Below are positions 13,414 through 21,616 of a stretch of DNA of 21,616 nucleotides, in pieces (within the stretch, counting starts at the first letter, position 1; the number at the start of each line of letters is the position of its first letter). The stretch comes from Ginkgo biloba. Its lineage: Eukaryota; Plantae; Ginkgophyta. Under the pieces are notes generated by a model. That model was not told the DNA's origin. It ran no database searches and saw nothing but the letters and a program-made list of their open reading frames with translations. The stretch is from assembly GCA_024626585.2 (NCBI GenBank), contig JANKJI020000001.1, positions 4,467,113 through 4,488,728 on the forward strand, in the 5' to 3' direction. Position numbers and translations under genes: made by a program.

Positions 13414-13629
13414 TGATATACCTGATGGCTAAAGTTTGAAGGTAAATCTTAAATATGCAAAAGTGACGATAAAAAAACCAAGGGATAATCATCTCTTTTG
13501 TACTCCTATAACAATTACCACACCTATTATGACAACCTCTTTATACAAATAATATGGCTCTGTCCCTATCTGCGATTCATTTTTTCTATCGAAAAAAAAA
13601 AAAAAAAGGTGTAGTGTTACCTATGAGTG
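13414..13629 (-). repeat. 5' LTR (partial, runs into gap) of minus-strand gypsy-derived element
   Basis: Begins TGATATACC on + (..CA end on minus) next to the PBS and is homologous to 10176-10370. Interrupted by the N gap at 13630. Confidence 0.75.
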
Positions 13630-13946
13630 NNNNNNNNNNNNNNNNNNNNNNNNNNNNNNNNNNNNNNNNNNNNNNNNNNNNNNNNNNNNNNNNNNNNNNN
13701 NNNNNNNNNNNNNNNNNNNNNNNNNNNNNAAATTGAAATTGGGTCAATTTTTTAAAGTTTCATAATTATTCGTGATAGTTTTATCCTTCTTGTATGGTTA
13801 TAGTGTCTATTTATTGATTGAAAATTTATATTTAACCATGGACGAGGAGGCATAATGGGTGGGTCATGAATGGATTTCCAATGATATTAGTGATCGAAAG
13901 AATATGAATGATGAAATCAAGACGTAATTAAAAGAATGTGGATTAT

Positions 13947-14074
13947 ATAATTTTTACTTCGATCCTCCACTTAGAAATAATAATGATCTAGTGGCAGTAG
14001 ATCAATAGCGGAGCAGTGGCAGTAATAATTTTTACTTCGATCCTCGCTTGAGTTCAATAGCGGAGGAGTAGCAG
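13947..14074 (+). repeat. Imperfect tandem duplication immediately upstream of the PPR start codon
   Basis: ATAATTTTTACTTCGATCCTC is identical at 13947-13967 and 14025-14045. TCAATAGCGGAG(C/G)AGT(G/A)GCAG occurs at 14002-14022 and 14054-14074 (19/21). Confidence 0.9.
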
Positions 14075-14076
14075 GA

Positions 14077-16083
14077 ATGGCAATGAAAGTGCCTCAACCA
14101 TCGTTGATCGACTTCAATAGGGAAAAAACAAAGCAGAATAGAGTATCGATAGTGATGGCAATGGCACACCCACGAAAGGATGGCAAGAAGAAGAGGAGGG
14201 CATTGTTTGTTGAACCAATGCTTCAGCTTCAGAGTAATAAAGCTACCGTCCAGTATGCAATGAGTGCTCCTAAAAGAGAAGGCAACGCCAAGAGTAGTTC
14301 TGCCGAGGACATGAAAAAGCTGTGTAAACAGGGCCGACTGAAAGAGGCGCTGCAAATATTGCGTGTGACGGATCGGCTTGTGGACTCTTATACATATGTT
14401 TGTCTCTTGGAGGTGTGCACTAAGAAGAAAGCCTTGTCAGAGGGCAAGCTGGTTCACCTCCACATGAATGAGAGAGGATTTATCCCTGACCTGTTTTTAC
14501 AAAACAGACTTGTGAATATGTATGCCAAGTGCGGTAGTCTAGTAGACGCTCGCAATGTTTTTGACGAAATGCCTCAACGAGATGTGTGCTCCTGGAATAC
14601 GCTGATTGCAGGATATGCACAGAGTGGGTATTTTGAGGACGCTGCTAATCTCTTTCAGAAAATGCCAAAAAGAAACGTGTACTCATGGACTGCGATGATT
14701 GTAGCTTACTCCAAGCACGGGTTTCCTGAGGACGCATTGACTCTGTTCCACCAAATGCGACGGACAGGTACCCAACCCAATCATTTCACTTTTGCCAGTG
14801 TTCTCCCGGCGTGCGCCAACTTGGCGGATCTCGAACAGGGTATGAAAATCCATGAAGATATAATTAGAGGTGGGTTTCAGTCTGATGAATTTGTGCAGAG
14901 TGCCCTTGTAGACATGTATGCGAAATGTGGGAGCATAGAGGATGCACGCCATGTGTTCGATGAAATGCCTCACCGAAATGTCGTCTCGTGGAATGCGATG
15001 CTTGCAGGGTACGCACAGAGTGGGCTGGTTGACGAGGCTCTGAAGCTCTTTCAGAGAATGCCCGAACGAAACGTGGTCTCCTGGACATATATGATTACAG
15101 CATATGCTTATAAAGGGCGTGTTGACGAGGCCCTGAAGCTTTTTCAGAAAATGCCCAAAAGAAACGTGGTATCCTGGACAGCCATGATTGCAGGGTTAGC
15201 GCAGAACGGGCATGGTGAGAAGGCCCTGAAGCTTTTTCGAGCCATGCCACTGGCAGGTGTGAAGCCAAACTCAAAAACCTTTGCCAGTGTTCTCCCTGCA
15301 TGTGCCAGCTTGGCAGCACTGGAACAGGGCAAGGAGATCCATGAAGAAATAATCAAAAGTGGATTTCAGTCTGATGCCGCTGTGGGGAGTGCCCTTGTAG
15401 ATATGTATGCAAAATGTGGAAGCATAGACAATGCAAGAAGCGTGTTTGACAAAATGCATCGTCGAGATGTGGTCTCCTGGACGACCATAATTGAAGGATA
15501 TGCCATGCATGGCTGTGGCAAGGAGGCCCTCAAACTCTTCCAACAAATGCAGCACTCTGGCGTGAAACCAAACCATGTAACCTTAGTTAGTGTTCTGTCT
15601 GCATGCTGCCACTCAGGCCTAGTGGACGAAGGCAGGCAATACTTTGATTGCATGAGCCAATATTATCACATCACACCTGCAATGGAGCACTATGGCTGCA
15701 TAGTTGACCTTCTTGGTCGTGCTGGGCGCCTTGATGAGGCATACGACCTTATCAACGAAATGCCAATAAAACCTGATGCTACTGTGTGGGGTTGTTTGCT
15801 TGGTGCCTGCAGAATCCATCATAATGTAGAACTCGGAAAATGTGTTGCAGAGAAGCTTTTTGAGTTGGATCCTAAAAATCCTGCACCTTATGTGTTGCTG
15901 TCAAACATCTATGCCGCAGTTGGCAAGTGGGATGGTATTGAAAAGGTGCGGAAAATGATGAAAGACAGGATGGTTAAAACAAAGCCTGGATGCAGTTGGA
16001 TTGAGGTTAATAAGCAGGTTTATACTTTCCTTGCAGGAGACAGGTCACACCCACAAACACAACATTTATGCACAGTTGGATAG
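14077..16083 (+). CDS. PLS-class pentatricopeptide repeat protein, organellar RNA-editing specificity factor type (E1-E2-PG box; DYW domain truncated, E+-like)
   Basis: 668-aa uninterrupted ORF. Motif order after an N-terminal extension and partial P motif: L1-S1-SS-P1-L1-S1-SS-SS-P1-L1-S1-P2-L2-S2-E1-E2, then PGCSWIEV...FLAGDRSHPQ. Hallmarks include LVDMYAKCG, VVSWxAMI, EHYGCIVDLLGRAG and YVLLSNIYA. Confidence 0.95.
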   Translation: MAMKVPQPSLIDFNREKTKQNRVSIVMAMAHPRKDGKKKRRALFVEPMLQLQSNKATVQYAMSAPKREGNAKSSSAEDMKKLCKQGRLKEALQILRVTDRLVDSYTYVCLLEVCTKKKALSEGKLVHLHMNERGFIPDLFLQNRLVNMYAKCGSLVDARNVFDEMPQRDVCSWNTLIAGYAQSGYFEDAANLFQKMPKRNVYSWTAMIVAYSKHGFPEDALTLFHQMRRTGTQPNHFTFASVLPACANLADLEQGMKIHEDIIRGGFQSDEFVQSALVDMYAKCGSIEDARHVFDEMPHRNVVSWNAMLAGYAQSGLVDEALKLFQRMPERNVVSWTYMITAYAYKGRVDEALKLFQKMPKRNVVSWTAMIAGLAQNGHGEKALKLFRAMPLAGVKPNSKTFASVLPACASLAALEQGKEIHEEIIKSGFQSDAAVGSALVDMYAKCGSIDNARSVFDKMHRRDVVSWTTIIEGYAMHGCGKEALKLFQQMQHSGVKPNHVTLVSVLSACCHSGLVDEGRQYFDCMSQYYHITPAMEHYGCIVDLLGRAGRLDEAYDLINEMPIKPDATVWGCLLGACRIHHNVELGKCVAEKLFELDPKNPAPYVLLSNIYAAVGKWDGIEKVRKMMKDRMVKTKPGCSWIEVNKQVYTFLAGDRSHPQTQHLCTVG

Positions 16084-16390
16084 GTTGTCTAGGCAGATGA
16101 AGGGGGTAGGCTATGTGTCCGACACCAGATTTGCATTGAATGATCTGGAGGAGGAGCAGAAGGAATAAATTCTTTGCCACCACAGTGAGAAATTGGCAAT
16201 TGCATTGGAACTTATCAACACAGCTCCTGGAACAGTTATTCGAATCATCAAGAACCTCCGAGTATGTGGTGACTGCCACTCTGCAATCAAGTTCATCTCC
16301 AAGATTGTTGAACGAGAAATTGTTGTAAGGGATGCTAACCGTTTCCATCATTTCAAGGATGGACAGTGTTCTTGCGGGGAATATTGGTGA
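16064..16390 (+). pseudogene. Disrupted DYW cytidine-deaminase domain of the PPR gene (out of frame, internal stop)
   Basis: The +1 frame from 16064 reads [107 protein letters not shown]. Frameshift at ~16060-16063, TAA at 16166-16168. Confidence 0.92.
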
Positions 16391-19300
16391 CACTAAGTGA
16401 AACAAGTTATGAAAATACTTGGCAATTTATGATACTAGATGCTAAATGCGGCATTGGGCTTCTCTATTTTGACAACATTGTGGCATCTTTCGTATTGTAT
16501 GTTGGTTGCATTTTGATCGTTTGAATGGATTTTAGGAGCTAGATGTACCACGTCGTTCAGGATTGTGAATTGTTTGAGAAATGCATCATGGCTAGGTAAA
16601 CTGGAAAGTTAATTGTTTATTTGAGGCTACATGGGGTAATAGAAACTTCAGCCTGGGATATATTACTGTTACGGCCTAAAGCTTCCTATGCGTCCTTTCA
16701 CATGATTTATAACAACACGATGAATTATAGCTCTCCTAGGTTTGTCAAAACTATGGTATAATGCATCTTTGGAGTTGTATGTTTCAAAGTAATTCATAAG
16801 CGAACTTGACAAAATTATTTCATTATAAATACTTCAATATGAAAAAGAACTTTGATGCTCAAGATGCCACAAGTGGCATAGTGCCCAATAAAATAATGAT
16901 TTCTTTGGTCTTCATCCTCCCTTGTAAATGATGTGTTTAACACTAATTCCTACCCTTCACTTTCATCATAGTCACTTTTAATGTGACACGTTTCATTGTA
17001 TATTCCCCCATTTTCTCTTCATGGTTACATACTATTAAATTATTACTTTCAAGGACGTCTAGTAATGCTATATGAAAAATTGTTGTTTTGTATCTTTGTT
17101 TTACAAAGACTATTTTGCATAGTTGAAACACAAGTTTATAGGCTTTGTTGATTTACATTTATTAACAAAACTATTTTTTCTAATTTTGAAACATACTTTT
17201 TAATATATTGTGGGGGCCTAACAATTTACTTCTACCCACATTTCATGACTTACTAAAGCATGACCCTTTTGCCCATTATTATGCCCAGGTTAAAAAAACA
17301 AGCATTTTACATTTTGGTCATTCTTCGGCTCATGTTTTTTTCGGTTAAAATAGCCAATTAATTTATGACACGTATATAATTATATATTCTTAATATCAAA
17401 ACCTCCTTAAATGGTTATGTTGTAATAAAATGATAGATGGTAAAGGAGACTTAGAGCTTGTAAAAGTGCAATGCATGTTCATCATAAATGTTTTGCTAGA
17501 ATGAAATCATACCCACTTGACATAAAACAAGTATTAATATAATGTACAAACATGCAATGACCATCTCTAATTATGAATATACATATGCTTATAATTACGA
17601 CATGCATCTACTAGTCCAAAATATAATCCACTTGCAATAAAGTTTAACTTCTCTTATCTTTACCTCACACACCACACAAATGTTCACTTCTCTATTTCTT
17701 AATCGTTTCACATATTTGAGGACACATCATGGACGAATGTGACACTTGTATAAATTATCCTTAATCATACAAAATGACTTGTGAGCACTTAAGGACCATG
17801 GGACTAGGGTTCACATTTGAAGACTTCAATGCCCTTCAAGGGCCATTTTAGTCATCATAGAAGGGTTCAAAGTTTTTTGTCCTTCAAATGAAAAGACAAA
17901 ACAAGTTTTTCTTTGTTAAAAGAAGGGCATTGTATGAATGAATTTCAGGTTTATAACTTATTCATTTCTAATGGAGGTTTGAAGGGGAGGATTATTCTTG
18001 ATATTTCATTTGGCAATTTATAATACAAATAATCCCTTTATAAGGAAGGGGGACCCTATCTATCAAATTTAATCCCTACATGGGACCATTATGATTATGC
18101 ACTCAATTTGATTTTTATAGCAAACACTTCTAAGGAGATACTATTGGGGGTTCATCACATTATACCTTTATCTTGAGTAAGAAAAATTATGAAATAAACA
18201 TGCAATGCTATTGTAGATCATAAAAGTTTAAAAAGTAGGATTTAGTACCAACAAAAGCATCTTCAAACACTTTGAGTTGCATTCACATTCCAAAAGCAGA
18301 CAAAGGAGTTTCTTTTGAAATTGACTTCTAATGTCAAGCGCNNNNNNNNNNNNNNNNGGTATCGAATGATTAGCACTAGGGTTTTGTGTGTTTAGTTGTG
18401 TGTAGTGTTGTATTATGCACTCCTTAAACATTTGTTCATACAACCAACCACTCGGAAATTCAATTAGTTTCCTTTTTAAAAAATGAATAAGATGGTATAA
18501 CAACAACCAAAACACAAAAAGAATAAGAAGCTATCTACCCTATGGGATTCAAATACTTACCTCATGCTTGTTGTAACATCCTTTAAGTGACGATTTCAAT
18601 GAACTTTAAAAAACCTTTTTATTTGCCTTTTCANNNNNNNNNNNNNNNNNNNNNNNNNNNNNNNNNNNNNNNNNNNNNNNNNNNNNNNNNNNNNNNNNNN
18701 NNNNNNNNNNNNNNNNNNNNNNNNNNNNNNNNNCAACAACTTCTTGTGCTTGCCATATTAAGTAAAGATTTAGATTATGCATTTAAAAGAAAAGTTATAG
18801 AGCTATATGTTAGCTTTGAAACACACCAAGGAGTACCTTAAATTGAGTTACCATAGAAACTCTATAGTTGTTTTACTACATGTTGTCTTTATCCCTGTAG
18901 AAATTGTCTTTGGTAGAATTGTCAATGGTTTTAACTAGGAAAAATCCGTTTCTCCTATTATGTTGTGAATATAAAGAANNNNNNNNNNNNNNNNNNNNNN
19001 NNNNNNNNNNNNNNNNNNNNNNNNNNNNNNNNNNNNNNNNNNNNNNNNNNNNNNNNNNNNNNNNNNNNNNNNNNNNNNNNNNNNNNNNNNNNNNNNNNNN
19101 NNNNNNNNNNNNNNNNNNNNNNNNNNNNNNNNNNNNNNNNNNNNNNNNNNNNNNNNNNNNNNNNNNNNNNNNNNAAATAGAGATATGAATATTTCATGTA
19201 CATCACTCCTTTGTGATTTTTTCTTGAGTTTCATTGTGATTTCATGTGCAAACCATATAGTTTCCCCCATATACTTGTCGTTTGCTAACTTTGTTTTAAA

Positions 19301-19759
19301 AAAAACCATATGAATTGCATATATTTAGATGAATTTAATTTCAGAGCCAAGTTTCAAAGGTTGTAGCAATAGAGAGTTTTATTTTCTCGTTTATAAATCT
19401 TGCCTAGATAGTGTATGAGACCTTGGGTATGAGCCACATACAATGAAAAATATATTGTTCTTGTTATACATACACTATATCCTCCTAAGAAGGAAAGTAG
19501 AGTTCATTAATCAATCCTTATAGATGAGGAAATGAGAGAAGAATAATCCATATCAAGAGAGGAGGAAGAATTAGATTTCAACATTATAAAGAGTGTCAGA
19601 GTAGAGTCTCTTCAATAAGAAGAGTTATTTCAAAGATTTGTAGAAATGCTTAAATCATAAGCTTTAGTTAATAAGGGAATGAATCATCTTTATGAAAACC
19701 ACAAGCCTAGAATCCATTAGATGAATCTTTATTTCAATTCTAGAAGAGTAGAATCCATT

Positions 19760-19945
19760 ACAAGAAGATGTAATTTATAAAGTAAAGAGAGGGCATCCAA
19801 GCAAGGTACCACCAATATGTATAAAATTGGCAGAAAAGGGCAATTGCCTAAAGTAGGTAAATGGTTGATAAATGAGTAGCTTAGAAAATAATTTTCAAAT
19901 GTCATTGAGAATATGATGAAGACCACTATCCTTAAAGGAGGAAGG
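19760..19945 (+). mobile_element. Ty3/gypsy pol 3' tail remnant with PPT
   Basis: YKIGRKGQLPKVGKW (19820-19864) resembles FLVGRKGQYPYKVKW of the 11.2-kb element. It is followed by the purine run AAAGGAGGAAGG (19934-19945) in the equivalent position. Confidence 0.65.
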
Positions 19946-20053
19946 TTTAGTCCAGGTTAGATATAAAGACGAAAGAAAATTATTAGCTTCAATTTCACAG
20001 TGGCAAGAAGACAATAATCTTGAGAAAAGCCACAAAATTATCTAAAATATATA

Positions 20054-20779
20054 TGTGTTTAACCAATGGGGTCTAAGGGGTAATATCCCTTGGTGAGGTC
20101 CTAAGGGCAGTGCCCTTAGTAGGGTCTGGGCTTTATAGCCTAGGTCATTGTATAACCAATTTGCACTTTAAAATCCTAAAGTCCTATGATTTTTACTAAG
20201 TAAAAAAATTGTTAGCTATTTAATTAGAGGTTAGTAAGACATTAAATGTGAAGTTACAAAGAGGTCACATGTTTATATTAAGTTAGAGGGAAATTATAAT
20301 ATTGGAAAATATTATAATATTGAGTCACAAAGTGGAGAAAGGAGTTACAAGAGAAGGAAGCCACTTGTCACACATGAGGGATAGGAGTTACAAAAGGTGA
20401 AGTCCTTAAATAGAGGCAAGTTCTTGTATTGTGTATGTGAGTTTTGTGTCTTAATAGAATTCCTTTTATTTTCTCACATCCTTGCCTTCACTCAAGATGT
20501 CTTTGTAGTTCTTTTGAGTATTGTTAAGAGTTGTTGAGTGGAGAGCTAAGTGAGTGCAACTTTGTGGATATGTGGAGTATGTGGAATTGTGCATTCCTCT
20601 CTTTTGTTTGGATGATCATGTGAAGTTGTGCTACTCTAAACCTACATTCACCCATGATCCCTTGCGTATCTATCTTTGCAGTGATTTTAAAAACTTGATC
20701 TTGAATGCCCAATGGAGTATCACTATGAGAATTAGGGTCTTCCCCTATGGGTGCCATTGGTGGATCAATATTTTTCATA
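20054..20779 (+). mobile_element. Probable solo LTR with GC-rich tandem hairpin units at its 5' end
   Basis: TG start, then GGGGTCTAAGGGG..CCCTT tandem units, an AT-rich U3-like part, a TAAATAGAGG TATA-like motif (~20408) and a GT-rich U5-like part. No PBS follows. Boundaries are approximate. Confidence 0.5.
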
Positions 20780-21616
20780 TTATAAGAAGATAGGGGGACA
20801 AGCTCCTGGGCTAGAATGGTACACCCTCCTATGGAATGCTTCATCTTAAAGTTGGTGTTGTTAATCTCCTAGACCAAAAGCTTCAAATAACAGATAGAAG
20901 GGATATCTCTTCAATATATAACTGAGAAAAATCAATCATTAGCAATGTGTCTTCAAGAATGGAATCATATTAACCTACCAAAACTCAAGCTCTTTCTACC
21001 CAATGCCAGGTTTCTTCAATCCCTCCAAGGAAAGTCTTCCTTTTGGATATGAATTTGGATCACATGGAGATCAATTCTTCCTTGATCCAGAGGACTATGG
21101 AATCTTTTCTCATCCATTACTCATGATCCTTAACTCCTTGTAGCTCATAGTACTCATTCTCTAATGATGCCTTCTTCACTGCCATATGATCATTTATTTA
21201 TGCTAATTAGAAGAGACGATTGAGATGTGTCTCTTTCCCTTAAACAAATCTATTGAGGCTCATGGTGATATGTCTATTGAGGTATCTCACTTCTTCTCTA
21301 GCAAAGGCTAGCTATTGATTCACACTTGTAATGAGCTATGTGGGGATAGCCTTTAACTATTGTACCTTTGCTAGATATTCAACAAGCTCCTTCTCCTTTT
21401 GTTCTTCTCTTTTATATAAGTTAACAAACTTGCTTCTGAAGGCTTGTAGTTTTAGATTCAAGTTGAGATAATTTGGACTATATATTAGGGGGGAATAGAG
21501 GGTGCTTCTTTGGCCTTTGATGCAATCTACCTCAGGAGATGCAACTATGGGTGAATGCTGAGAGGCATTTCTGTGGCGAGTGTGGCCTACTTTGTCAAAG
21601 GTAGAACTCCAAATTC

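Larger units (their letters stand above)
10176..13629 (-). mobile_element. Non-autonomous Ty3/gypsy-derived LTR element(s): gag + aspartic protease + pol 3' tail, no RT/RH/INT core
   Basis: On minus strand, in order: LTR, PBS, gag (VDIEVFDRRINAKSLDTWI*AMDIFF ~12790-12870; LRKNFYPLGYEDEIFLKWHHL), protease-like (VVDILDCGIQKNLV; ITCDMIPIDCMSVFLTIPF, ORF 11609-11992), tail (FLVGRKGQYPYKVKW), PPT, LTR. May be two copies joined across the 11388-11487 gap. Confidence 0.75.

Noticed and set aside
13947-14074. CRISPR-like repeat-spacer arrangement
   Set aside because: Only two copies of each motif, eukaryotic context, and no cas genes.
16166-16168. TAA repaired by U-to-C RNA editing or readthrough
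   Set aside because: Reverse editing is known for organellar transcripts of hornworts, lycophytes and ferns, not for nuclear mRNA. The upstream frameshift already terminates translation at 16083.
16193-16390. 65-aa ORF as a stand-alone DYW1/DYW2-like trans-acting deaminase
   Set aside because: It starts at TTG, begins after the catalytic HSE motif and has no targeting peptide. It is simply the tail of the broken domain.
14032-16405. Multiple antisense ORFs overlapping the PPR gene
   Set aside because: Shadow ORFs of a GC-richer repetitive coding strand, with no recognisable domains.
928-19309. ORF-track entries containing long X runs
   Set aside because: Artefacts of reading through N gaps.
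20790-21616. Degenerate minus-strand coding-like stretch (LWIKEELISM*SKF...WHWVERA)
   Set aside because: Possibly an extra ORF of a large gypsy element, but there are many stops and no recognisable domain.

Overview
Gappy plant nuclear scaffold, probably a gymnosperm (inferred from PPR style and LTR motifs). It has 13 N-runs, seven of them exactly 100 N and so probably of unknown true size. One clear host gene is present: an uninterrupted PLS-class PPR RNA-editing-factor ORF (14077-16083, +, 668 aa). Its PPR array, E1/E2 motifs and PG box are intact, but its C-terminal DYW deaminase domain (16064-16390) is disconnected by a frameshift and carries an in-frame TAA plus other non-consensus changes. 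The best reading is a DYW-class gene being converted into an E+-class gene, or a young pseudogene. The rest is old, nested transposon debris: a minus-strand L1-type LINE ORF2 split by an LTR-like insertion, an LTR with tRNA-Met PBS, Copia and Ty3/gypsy gag fragments, a minus-strand gypsy-derived element carrying gag and protease but no RT/RNaseH/integrase core (TR-GAG-like), a second related 3' end near 19.8 kb, and a probable solo LTR with GC hairpins. No rRNA, tRNA, CRISPR or prokaryotic features are supported. All translations, alignments and identity counts were done by hand.
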